Positions 27,725 through 36,595 of a stretch of DNA of 61,950 bases are shown here, piece after piece. Position numbers and translations under genes: made by a program. Each line of letters begins with the position of its first letter. Position 1 is the first letter of the stretch. The DNA is from an uncultured Chitinophagales bacterium (lineage in GTDB: Bacteria; Bacteroidota; Rhodothermia; Balneolales; HLUCCA01). The DNA is taken from positions 1-61,950 of the forward strand of contig CAYPOI010000004.1 in assembly GCA_964412365.1 (NCBI GenBank), written 5' to 3'. Below the pieces are notes generated by a model that was given only the letters and a program-made list of their open reading frames with translations, did not search any database and was not told the DNA's origin.

Positions 27725-29305
27725 ATGCTTGAAAGCCAGGAATCCATTGCCCGGACGCGTCGCATAGCGGCAATTGACCTAGGTACCAACTCGTTTCATG
27801 CCGTAATCGTTGACATTTCTCCAGACGGCCGGTATTCCACCATCGATTCATTGAAAGAAATGGTGTTGCTCGGGAAGGATGGATTGGGGCAGAGACTGTC
27901 GGATGAGGCCATTGAGACGGGTCTGGAAGCCCTGCATAAAATCAAAACCCTTTGCGACAGCTACAAAGTGGAAGTGATTCAGGCCTATGCCACATCCGCC
28001 ATCCGCGAAGCGGCCAATGGTGGTGATTTCATCCAGCGGGCGATCGATGAAGTGGGAATCAAGATTCTGGCCATTCCCGGACAGACCGAAGCCGAGCTGA
28101 TCGCCCTTGCGGTCCAACACGGCCTTGTTTTGGGGGAAGATCCCGTATTGATCATGGATATCGGAGGCGGAAGCACGGAATTCATCATCGGAAACCAGCG
28201 GGATGTGTTTTTTCTGGACTCGAAAAAACTGGGTGTCTCGAGGATACACGCGGAATTTGTGACATCCGATCCGATCAGCAAGAAAGACATCCGCCATCTG
28301 GAATCGTTTTATGTGACGAAGTTGGGTGAGTTGATGGAAGCCATTGAGGAATATCCGGTGGAAACGTTGGTCGGGACCTCCGGAACCATGCAGAACATCG
28401 CCATGATGATGGCGCATCTGAAGAAAGCGGATCCATCGGCGACACTGAACGAATTTGTGTACTCTGCCGACGAATTCAAGCTGTTCTACAAGAAATTCAT
28501 GGATATGACTTCGCGTCAGCGGGCTCTGTTGCAAGGCCTGGATGCGAAACGGGTGGATTTGGTTGTTCCGGGGATGGTGTTGCTGAACACCATCATTACG
28601 GTTCTGGGAATTAAGAAAATCCGGACCTGTACGATGGCCATGAGGGAAGGCATCATTCTGAGATACATCCGCCGGGAATACAAAGAACTGAAATTGTTGG
28701 TGGAATTTCCGGATCCGAGGCGCAGAAGCATTCATGAATTGTTGCGAAAATGCAATTGGCACGAACAGCATTCGAGCCACGTCACCCTCCTCGCCCTGCA
28801 ACTCTTCGATGCCTTGAAAGCCTATCATCCGCTCACCGCAGCGGATCGCGAACTCCTGGAATTCGCCGCGCTCACCCACGATATCGGCTACCATATTTCC
28901 CATCACAAACATCATAAGCACGCGCTGTACATCATCCTGAACGCCGATCTGAAAGGCTTCACGCAGGACGAGATCGACATCATCGCACACGTGGCCCGTT
29001 ACCACCGACGCAGCGTTCCCAAATCGGCACATAAGCAATTCGACCTGCTTAGCCCGGACCAAAAACGTCGCATCCGCGCCCTTTCCGGGTTATTGCGTGT
29101 CGCCGATGGTCTCGATCGCTCCCACTTCCAAAACGTGCAAGATCTGACCGTGAGCGTCGGAGCCACGCATGTCACCTTACTCATCAAAACCATGATTGAT
29201 CCGCAATTGGAGATCTGGGGAGCCATGCGGAAGCGCGAATTGTTCGAAAAACTGTTTGGCCGAGAACTTCGGATCGAACGCATCGAAACGTTTGATGCCG
29301 GGTGA
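27725..29305 (+). CDS. Ppx/GppA-family phosphatase (exopolyphosphatase / pppGpp phosphohydrolase) with C-terminal HD domain
   Basis: ASKHA-fold motif IAAIDLGTNSFHAVIVD, then DIGGGSTEF. C-terminal HD region LTHDIGYHISHHKHHKH. Confidence 0.9.
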   Translation: MLESQESIARTRRIAAIDLGTNSFHAVIVDISPDGRYSTIDSLKEMVLLGKDGLGQRLSDEAIETGLEALHKIKTLCDSYKVEVIQAYATSAIREAANGGDFIQRAIDEVGIKILAIPGQTEAELIALAVQHGLVLGEDPVLIMDIGGGSTEFIIGNQRDVFFLDSKKLGVSRIHAEFVTSDPISKKDIRHLESFYVTKLGELMEAIEEYPVETLVGTSGTMQNIAMMMAHLKKADPSATLNEFVYSADEFKLFYKKFMDMTSRQRALLQGLDAKRVDLVVPGMVLLNTIITVLGIKKIRTCTMAMREGIILRYIRREYKELKLLVEFPDPRRRSIHELLRKCNWHEQHSSHVTLLALQLFDALKAYHPLTAADRELLEFAALTHDIGYHISHHKHHKHALYIILNADLKGFTQDEIDIIAHVARYHRRSVPKSAHKQFDLLSPDQKRRIRALSGLLRVADGLDRSHFQNVQDLTVSVGATHVTLLIKTMIDPQLEIWGAMRKRELFEKLFGRELRIERIETFDAG

Positions 29306-29339
29306 CGCAATGTGTCACCCGTAGGAAGTATTTTCCTTC

Positions 29340-32117
29340 ATGTCGTTCCAATTCATCACATCCCCCCGCACCCAGGACCTGGCTTTCGAGCTCGAACAAG
29401 GCGTAACATCCGATCATTTGATCTTGGTCGGGTCGCAGTTGATGGAGCGGACCCTGCGTCGGAGATTGCAAGCCATTCTGAAGGGTCCGGCACCGGATAT
29501 CCGCGTGTTGGCGAACTGGCTCGAAGAACAAGCCATCTTGTGGAGCGAGGATGAGCCCGGGACCGTGGTTGGACCCAAAGACCTCGAACTGTTGCTCGAT
29601 CATTGGTTCGAAGGACGTGAACACAGCGGATTGTCGCTTCGGTTTCCGGATATGATTTCCGCGCTGAGCGCGTGGTTGGCCCAAGCCTCGCGTGGCGGAA
29701 TCGATGTGAGGGCGTTCGCATCCGACCCCAGCCACATCCTCCGTGAACTAGCCGCATTCTCGGTATGGCTGAGTGAGAATGGGTTCCGAATCCGCGAATC
29801 GCTCCCCGGTCCTAGCGACACCTCGCAGATTTCCCGCATATGGCTCTATCAGGTCGATTACCTATACCCGGTGCAAGTTCGGGCATTGAACGCCTTCAGG
29901 GACAAGCTAGCGGTGTTGTTATGCACGCCAGATGGGGTGAGTCCGGCGTATGTCGACGCCCAAATGGGTTTCTGGGGCGCACCCACGCAAACATCCTCCG
30001 CACAGGCCACCCTCGTCCCCCATATTCAGCCGTTCCCCACGCCGCAGTCGGAAGTATGCGCCGTGATTGAACGAATTTTCGATGCCATGGCCAACCACCC
30101 GGATCGAAAACTCACCGATGCCGTGGTGTTGGTCTCGGATTTGGCCGAATACCGACCGCATATCGAAACGCAGGCCAAACTCCATGGCATTCCGGTGCAA
30201 TTGTCGCAAGGCGATACGCTTCGATCGAACCCCATCCTGAATCGATTTAATCGACTTCTGCGCCTACGGCTAGACGGATTCAAGATGACCGACATCATGG
30301 AAGTGTTCGGCGATGCCTTGGTTCAAATTCCAGGTGTTTCGGCCAAGGACGTCCGCTTTGTGTATCAGGCTTGTCTGAAGAAGAATCAAAAAACCCTGCG
30401 CGAGGCCGAGCCGGGGGTGTTGTCCACGCTTCCATCCACCTACGGACAGGATCAGCCGCGCGTTCTCTCGCAATGGTGCGAGGCGCAATTGTCGTTGTTG
30501 CGCCGATTTCCGACCGAAGCCGATCGCGAGGTACGTACCCGAAAAGAACAATTCGCTGAGCTGATTCGTGAGTTTGCATCGACCCATTCACGACTTCATG
30601 TGGATCCATTGTTGAATGAATCCGCATTTTTCCGCTTATTTGATCGGTTTTTGAGTGGCAAGCGCGAGCGCACGGACGACAAACCCGAGGCCTTGCTGTT
30701 CACCGAAATCCACCACTTTCCGGATGTGCATGGAAAACTGGCGATCGTGATCGGACTGGCCGATTCGCTGCATCCCGGCAAAGCCGAACACCCGGTGTTG
30801 AACCGATTCGGCGCTGAACTTGGCAAGTTGGTGGATGGATTTTCGCCGGACCCGTTCTTGGAAGCGCGTCATCATTTGGAACGCATTCTGAGCAGCGCGG
30901 AATCGGTTTGGATGAGTTATCCGGTCATGATCAGCGACCAGCGCACCACGCCGAGCATGTTGTGGACCGACCTTACCGACCGCTATTCCGGTGCTCCGAT
31001 CTGGCCCGAAACCTCAGGCAAGGTTTGGGAATTGCCCAAGTCCCGCATCCTGAATGGAGATCCGCACGCCTCGCTCATCGCTCGCATTGGAGAGGACCGT
31101 CGCTCCATCGAGCGCCCGGGCATGTACGACGGCATGATTCATCACGAATACGCGCAACGTGTGGCATGGAACCGATTGAATGTGGATGGATGGCTTCCGT
31201 TGTCGCAATCCCGCCTTGATCTGTATGCCCGATCTCCGTTCGACTTCTTGATGAAATATGTGCTGGATATTCGTGAAGATCTGCGGTTTCAAGACGATGC
31301 GGATGAGACGGTGAAAGGCAAGGTGCTTCACGAAATCCTGCAAGTCTACCATCAGACCCAACCTTGGCCGGATGAGTCGAACATGGACGAATGTGTCCGG
31401 CAAATCCGACGCATCGCGGATGAGGTCATGGAGAGGTACGTGTATGAGCTGGGTGCCGTGGATTCGCCGTTTCCAAGTCTGTTCCGCAAGCAGGTTCATG
31501 CCTTGCTTCCCTGGATTCTGCAGGGCGAATCGGACCGGTTTCAATTGATGGATGTCGCCCGATTCAGACCCAAATCCCTAGAATGGAAATGGGAATTCAC
31601 GCTGGATGAGCAACAAGTCCGACTGAACGGGGTGATTGATCGTGTGGATGTGGATCCTTCAACGAATCATGCCCTGATCATCGATTACAAGACGGGAACC
31701 ACGGCTCAGCCCACACTTAAGGACATCGAAGCTGGTATGGCGCATCAGATGGCATTGTATTGGTGGGCGGTGCGCCAACTCGGACATCGTCCGATCGCCG
31801 CGGCCTACTGGAAATTACCCATCCGCCTAGGGAAATCGGGCATGGAATGGCAGGACGTGATGCTGGCTACTGAGCATTGTGCTCCCACGAAACGGAAGAT
31901 GGTGCGGCCAATCGAGGAATTGGATAAGATGGTGGATGAGGTGATTGAGGATCGGATTCCGAGTATGATCTTATCCCTTTTGTTGGGCAAGTTTCCGTTG
32001 CCATTGGTTGAAGAAGCGTACCCCAGTGAGTACGAATTGGCGAGACGCTTCAATCGAGCGGTCCAAGCCGCACGTGGTGCGAATCAAGGTTTAGAGGAGT
32101 CCGACGATGGTGAATGA
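29340..32117 (+). CDS. AddB-like PD-(D/E)XK nuclease subunit of an AddAB-type helicase-nuclease
   Basis: 925 aa, overlapping the downstream UvrD-type helicase gene by 11 nt. C-terminal RecB-family nuclease motifs GVIDRVD, IIDYKTG and QMALY. No Walker A seen. Confidence 0.75.
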   Translation: MSFQFITSPRTQDLAFELEQGVTSDHLILVGSQLMERTLRRRLQAILKGPAPDIRVLANWLEEQAILWSEDEPGTVVGPKDLELLLDHWFEGREHSGLSLRFPDMISALSAWLAQASRGGIDVRAFASDPSHILRELAAFSVWLSENGFRIRESLPGPSDTSQISRIWLYQVDYLYPVQVRALNAFRDKLAVLLCTPDGVSPAYVDAQMGFWGAPTQTSSAQATLVPHIQPFPTPQSEVCAVIERIFDAMANHPDRKLTDAVVLVSDLAEYRPHIETQAKLHGIPVQLSQGDTLRSNPILNRFNRLLRLRLDGFKMTDIMEVFGDALVQIPGVSAKDVRFVYQACLKKNQKTLREAEPGVLSTLPSTYGQDQPRVLSQWCEAQLSLLRRFPTEADREVRTRKEQFAELIREFASTHSRLHVDPLLNESAFFRLFDRFLSGKRERTDDKPEALLFTEIHHFPDVHGKLAIVIGLADSLHPGKAEHPVLNRFGAELGKLVDGFSPDPFLEARHHLERILSSAESVWMSYPVMISDQRTTPSMLWTDLTDRYSGAPIWPETSGKVWELPKSRILNGDPHASLIARIGEDRRSIERPGMYDGMIHHEYAQRVAWNRLNVDGWLPLSQSRLDLYARSPFDFLMKYVLDIREDLRFQDDADETVKGKVLHEILQVYHQTQPWPDESNMDECVRQIRRIADEVMERYVYELGAVDSPFPSLFRKQVHALLPWILQGESDRFQLMDVARFRPKSLEWKWEFTLDEQQVRLNGVIDRVDVDPSTNHALIIDYKTGTTAQPTLKDIEAGMAHQMALYWWAVRQLGHRPIAAAYWKLPIRLGKSGMEWQDVMLATEHCAPTKRKMVRPIEELDKMVDEVIEDRIPSMILSLLLGKFPLPLVEEAYPSEYELARRFNRAVQAARGANQGLEESDDGE

Positions 32118-35100
32118 GATTCTTCAAACCAAGGGACCGATCCTGATCCGCGCCTCGGCCGGCACGGGGAAAACCTATACCCTCACGAAAAAAGTGATTC
32201 ATCTGATTGTCGAAGAACAGATGAACATCGATGAGATTTTGGCCGTCACGTTCACGGATTTCGCATCGGCGGAAATGCGTGACCGTATTTATTCAGCGAT
32301 CACAGAGGCCTTGAAATCAGAAACGGATCCGCAGAAAAAAGCACACCTCGAGCGTCAGCGCGTGCGGTTTTATCGGAACCAGATTTCCACGTTCCATGGA
32401 TTCTGCATGAATCTGATTCAGAGTTATCCGGATGTGGCCGGACTCGAAACCGAAATCCGGGTGATGGATGCGTTTCAGCAAGCGCAGTTCGATCAGACGG
32501 TTCGTACGGCGTTTTACAAGACGTATAAAAAGGATGCGGCGTTGATCCGCTTGTTGATGCGATTCGGTCAGCGGGATGTCGAAAAAACCTTGAACAGCGT
32601 TCGGGATGTGTCGGAAGCACGAATGGAGGAGTTGCGCACGTCCATGGCCGACGCATGGCTCGATCGCATGCGCACGTTGCATGAGACGATGGTGACGCGT
32701 CGGGATGGGGATTATGCGAGGCTACGGGCATTTGTGGATGCGAATCCGGGTTTGTTGAAGTCGGGCGTGATGTTGCCTCCGACGTTTCCGGCACCGTATG
32801 AAAGTTATTTCACGCAGAAGGGGGCGCTGAATGGGAACACCATCTTGTCGCGAGGGGCTGAGCCGGACATCAAAGCCGAGGCGGTGAGGTTGTCGATCGA
32901 GATGAATGAGTGGTGCGTGGAGATCACGGCACTCGGACACTGGCTGATGCGTGATGAGGAGGAGATACTGGCGGAGCTGAGGGATCCGGAGTCGAGCTCG
33001 GTGCATCCCGATACGCTGTCGTTTCATGCGATGCGCGATTTGGCGGACGTGGCCCTGCGCTGGAAACAGTTCTTTCAAGCAGAACGCATCCGGACCGGGA
33101 AACTCATTTTTGATGACCTCATCCATATCACGCATCGGATGTTGGTTGGAAACCCGGACTTCGCCCGCAAAATCGGCAGCAAATTCCGCGCGATGGTGGT
33201 GGATGAGTTTCAAGACACCGACTCCCATCAGTGGGAGATCTTATCCTCGATGCGGCAAGATCCATCCGCGGATTTGCTGCTTGTAGGTGATGTGAAGCAA
33301 TCCATTTATGAGTTCCGCGGTGGAAATGTGTCGGTGATGCAGCGCGTGGCGAGAACCTTGCCGCACACGGAATTCAATTTGGGTCAGTCATGGCGCAGTT
33401 CGAAAAAACTGGTGTCCGAAATCAATCTCATTTTCCGGCATGTGTTTCCATCTGCCACAGAAAAATTATATGAAGCCGTGGCTCAGGATCTGGAACATCC
33501 GGGAGATGTGAAAAATGCCAATTCTATGGATGGTAGCGTGCGAACCTTCTGGCTTCCGGACCCTGTGAATGCCAAACAGGAGCCCATCAAGTGGAAAGCC
33601 GGGGCGCGATCCGACGCCGAGGCCTGGAGCTTGGCTCAGTTTCTGCACGGCATCGCCGATGGGACGGTTTCTGGATATGACGACATCCGCCAGAATATCC
33701 TGAACGGTGAAAAAGCGGTCGGAATTCTGCTTCCGAGCCGCAAAACACAATGGAAATTCGAGCAAGCGTTGCGAGATGTGGGTTTGCCGTTCGCATCGTT
33801 TTCGGGAAATGAGTTTTATCAGACTCAGGTGGTGAGCGACGCGCTGGCTCTCATCCGATTTCTATCCGACGCGTACCAGAATCTGGCGACCGCCGCCGTA
33901 TTTCGTTCGCCTTTTGTTGGTTTTTCGGATGTGGCTTTGGTTCTCATGCGGGATAACGCCGCGTCGCATGTGCTCTTTAATGTGGTTCGAGATTGGCGCG
34001 AAACGCCACATGCCGAGCTTCCGGATGAAGACCGACTCGTGATCGACTCCGCCATTCCATGGTTGTTCGAGTTGCGCAAAAAGGTGAAAACCGAGCGCTT
34101 GTCCGACATCCTCACTGAAGCGTTTTTTAGTCGCTCGTATCTGGTTTCGGAAACCGAACCGGCGCAAACCATCGCGAATTGCGAGAAGTTGATCCGCATT
34201 GTGCGCGAATTGGAACAGCAAGGAACCGGAAGTTTGGTGGATGTGGATGAATTCCTCACTCGTCAGCGGGAAGACCAAGTCGACGAGCGGGAAGGGATGG
34301 TTGCGGATGCGGGCTCCATCCAATTCATGACCATACACGGCTCAAAAGGTCTCGAATTTCCGATGGTGGTTCTTCCGGGCTTGGGCGCGCGGAAGCCGTC
34401 CGATTCCGGAATCGTGGTCCGCTCCCCGCGTGATATTCCGGATTCAGAGACTTGGGTCGTTCCGAAAGGCCTCAACCGACTCGAAAAAGAGATCTACAAA
34501 GGCGCGATGTACCACCAGGTTCGGGAGGATGTCGTGCTTCGGCAAGAAGCGGAACAGAAGCGGCTCTTTTATGTGGCCTGCACCCGGGCGCGAAATCATC
34601 TGGTGTTTTGGGGGTTGGAGTCAAAGGAGTCGAAAGGCTGCTTGGCCGATCTACTGCCCGAAGATTATTATGAGGACCGATATGAGCCCATTCCGGACGC
34701 CTGGTTGTCGGCACCAAATCCGAGAGCGGCAGAACACCCATCACAAGAATTAGGTGATCGATCGCTGCTGGAAGCGCGATTGGCGGATGCGGATCGAGGC
34801 GTCATCCTTCCATCACAAGCAGGAAAGAATGATGAATATGTCACAGGCGCCGGAAATTGGGTTGCACTACATCCAAGCGAAGCCGGAACGCTCATCCACA
34901 AAGTGTTAGAACATGTCGGCTGGACGGATGTGGATTGGGTGAAAGTTGAGAGGTTGATGCGTCGTTTATGGCCGCATCCGAGCCTAGACAAACAGGATTT
35001 TGCTGGCGTGATGTCACATGTGCGTCGAGCGGTGATTGCATTAGGGGCTCGCTTTTCGAATCCGACATTGCGGCGACATGAAGTGGCATTCGAGACGCAT

Positions 35101-35328
35101 GTGAAAGGCGTGATCGATTTGTTGATTCAAGATTCGGCCGGCGAATGGCATGTGGTCGATTTCAAATCCGGTGTCGCCAAAGACAATGTGGCTGTGTATC
35201 AGGAGCAGTTGGAGCTCTATCGCCAAGCCTTGGAAGCCATCAGTGAGGGCGCCATCCGCATCCGAAAGGAACATTTATTGATTCTTTCGACCGAGACGGG
35301 GGAGTTGTTAGAGATGTCAGGTTTTTGA
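32107..35328 (+). CDS. AddA-like UvrD/REP superfamily 1 helicase with C-terminal RecB-type nuclease
   Basis: Walker A IRASAGTGKTYTL, Walker B/DExx VVDEFQDTD, later helicase motifs (VGDVKQSIYEFRGG, TIHGSKGLEF, LFYVACTRAR). Nuclease motifs GVIDLL, VDFKSG and QLELY. Confidence 0.85.
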   Translation: MVNEILQTKGPILIRASAGTGKTYTLTKKVIHLIVEEQMNIDEILAVTFTDFASAEMRDRIYSAITEALKSETDPQKKAHLERQRVRFYRNQISTFHGFCMNLIQSYPDVAGLETEIRVMDAFQQAQFDQTVRTAFYKTYKKDAALIRLLMRFGQRDVEKTLNSVRDVSEARMEELRTSMADAWLDRMRTLHETMVTRRDGDYARLRAFVDANPGLLKSGVMLPPTFPAPYESYFTQKGALNGNTILSRGAEPDIKAEAVRLSIEMNEWCVEITALGHWLMRDEEEILAELRDPESSSVHPDTLSFHAMRDLADVALRWKQFFQAERIRTGKLIFDDLIHITHRMLVGNPDFARKIGSKFRAMVVDEFQDTDSHQWEILSSMRQDPSADLLLVGDVKQSIYEFRGGNVSVMQRVARTLPHTEFNLGQSWRSSKKLVSEINLIFRHVFPSATEKLYEAVAQDLEHPGDVKNANSMDGSVRTFWLPDPVNAKQEPIKWKAGARSDAEAWSLAQFLHGIADGTVSGYDDIRQNILNGEKAVGILLPSRKTQWKFEQALRDVGLPFASFSGNEFYQTQVVSDALALIRFLSDAYQNLATAAVFRSPFVGFSDVALVLMRDNAASHVLFNVVRDWRETPHAELPDEDRLVIDSAIPWLFELRKKVKTERLSDILTEAFFSRSYLVSETEPAQTIANCEKLIRIVRELEQQGTGSLVDVDEFLTRQREDQVDEREGMVADAGSIQFMTIHGSKGLEFPMVVLPGLGARKPSDSGIVVRSPRDIPDSETWVVPKGLNRLEKEIYKGAMYHQVREDVVLRQEAEQKRLFYVACTRARNHLVFWGLESKESKGCLADLLPEDYYEDRYEPIPDAWLSAPNPRAAEHPSQELGDRSLLEARLADADRGVILPSQAGKNDEYVTGAGNWVALHPSEAGTLIHKVLEHVGWTDVDWVKVERLMRRLWPHPSLDKQDFAGVMSHVRRAVIALGARFSNPTLRRHEVAFETHVKGVIDLLIQDSAGEWHVVDFKSGVAKDNVAVYQEQLELYRQALEAISEGAIRIRKEHLLILSTETGELLEMSGF

Positions 35329-36396
35329 AAGGATACCAAGTAGGCCTTTATTGACATAAAGTTTTTCCCGTCCGAGTTTTTCGGATGTTAGAAAACCCGC
35401 CTCTTCAAGCCAAGAAAGGTAGTTTCCTACTGTTTTAAGGGTGCCCAATCCAGCATCCACTAAAACCTGCCGCTTGGTGTAAGGTAGTCGGAATAGGATC
35501 TCCACAAGTTCTTTTGAATAAGCCAATGGCACCTGCTGTTTGATCTGCACACTCATCGTATCCATTAAGGTCACAATTGAGTGTAATTGCGCCATGGCTT
35601 TTTTGGCGGTCACATCCACCATGTCGAGCATGAACATCACATAGGGTTGCCAATCGTCTTTTTCGGTCACACCGCGGAGCAGATGGTAATACTGCTGTTT
35701 GTTTCGAATGATATAATCACTCAGGTATATCGCCGGAACGGATAACAGTCCGGACAACTTCAAATAGAGCAACATCAGGATGCGTCCAGTTCGGCCATTC
35801 CCATCCGCAAATGGGTGGATGGCCTCGAACTGATAATGAAGCAGCGCCATTTTAATCAATGGATCCAGATTCTCATGCTCATTGATGAATTGTTCAAGGT
35901 TGGCTAGTTTGTCACGAATCACGGCTTCACCGTTGGGAGGTGTATAGAGCACCTCGCCGAGAGAATTAGCTAGTACAGTACCTGGTGTGACCCGGATGCC
36001 CGCTGTATTCTGCTTAATGCATTGCACGATATCAACACATAGATTTGTGCTGATAAACGGCCGCTGTTCAATCCGTTCCAACCCGAGCCATAAGGCTTGT
36101 TTGTATCTCAATACTTCTTTCACGGCCGGGATCCCCTCCGATCTGTCGGCCACCAAATCGCGATAAAGTTCGTCATTCGTTGTGATGATGTCTTCAATCT
36201 CCGAACTGGATTTCGCTTCCTGCAGATGGATGGTGTCCAAGAACAATGTCGGATTCGGGAGATTGCGCAGGGCTCCATTCAATTCTGACAGTGATCGACT
36301 GGCCCTCACGACCTTGAGCATGATCGGCTTTGTCTCAAGATCTACCGCCGGTGGCAATAACGGCAGGTCGTTGTAGGGGATGTCGGGCTTAAACAT
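35317..36396 (-). CDS. Fic-family protein (AMPylase-type) with Fic_N-like N-terminus and C-terminal wHTH-like region
   Basis: Canonical Fic motif HPFADGNGRTGR. N-terminal inhibitory-helix-like SSEIED. The ATG at 36396 (MFKPDIPYNDLPLLPP) is preferred over the listed TTG at 36453, which lies in the loop of an upstream palindrome. Confidence 0.9.
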   Translation of the reverse strand: MFKPDIPYNDLPLLPPAVDLETKPIMLKVVRASRSLSELNGALRNLPNPTLFLDTIHLQEAKSSSEIEDIITTNDELYRDLVADRSEGIPAVKEVLRYKQALWLGLERIEQRPFISTNLCVDIVQCIKQNTAGIRVTPGTVLANSLGEVLYTPPNGEAVIRDKLANLEQFINEHENLDPLIKMALLHYQFEAIHPFADGNGRTGRILMLLYLKLSGLLSVPAIYLSDYIIRNKQQYYHLLRGVTEKDDWQPYVMFMLDMVDVTAKKAMAQLHSIVTLMDTMSVQIKQQVPLAYSKELVEILFRLPYTKRQVLVDAGLGTLKTVGNYLSWLEEAGFLTSEKLGREKLYVNKGLLGILSKT

Positions 36397-36431
36397 GGAA
36401 TGATGGTCGAGAGTAACGTTTACCTCTGTCG

Positions 36432-36474
36432 GAATTATAAGAGTAAAAATCAATGTATTTTACTCTTATAATTC
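36432..36474. repeat. 17-bp perfect inverted repeat (9-nt spacer) upstream of the Fic gene
   Basis: gaattataagagtaaaa (36432-36448) and ttttactcttataattc (36458-36474) are exact reverse complements. No flanking T-run, so this is not a classical terminator. Confidence 0.9.
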
Positions 36475-36480
36475 TTGTCC

Positions 36481-36488
36481 CAAAAGTA
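36481..36488 (-). promoter_or_regulatory. possible -7 promoter box (TAnnTTTG) for the Fic gene
   Basis: The minus strand reads tacttttg. A start ~7 nt downstream would place the palindrome at the very 5' end of the transcript. Confidence 0.3.
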
Positions 36489-36497
36489 GCCCCAATT

Positions 36498-36533
36498 GAT
36501 ACGTTACGATACGATTTGATACGAGCGTGATAC
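36498..36533. repeat. four direct GATAC repeats at 10/10/11-bp spacing
   Basis: GATAC starts at 36498, 36508, 36518 and 36529 (tGATACg, cGATACg, tGATACg, tGATACc), in the divergent Fic / M14 intergenic region. Confidence 0.85.
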
Positions 36534-36595
36534 CTTTCCCAACTTTTTGCAAACTGCGGACCCAAGGCTGATTAACTTCCCCACTTCACCTAGTC

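Noticed and set aside
27848-29062. Very long antisense ORFs opposite real genes. Examples are 404 aa opposite ppx/gppA, 388 aa at 42129-43295 opposite nearly all of rho, 396 aa at 50240-51430 opposite glgB, and 265 aa at 60863-61660 opposite glgP.
   Set aside because: Their translations are low-complexity (rich in R, H, G, F, D) with no recognisable motifs, while the opposite strand carries unmistakable conserved proteins. Long antisense frames are expected when the sense codons TTA, CTA and TCA are rare, because their complements are the stop codons.
29340-36396. PD-(D/E)XK nuclease + UvrD-family helicase + Fic, considered as a possible phage-defence cluster (Gabija/Hachiman-like logic).
   Set aside because: The sizes (925 and 1073 aa), the dual RecB-type nuclease motifs and the 11-nt overlap fit housekeeping AddAB-type recombination enzymes. 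Fic is on the opposite strand with different base composition, so there is no evidence that the three genes act together.
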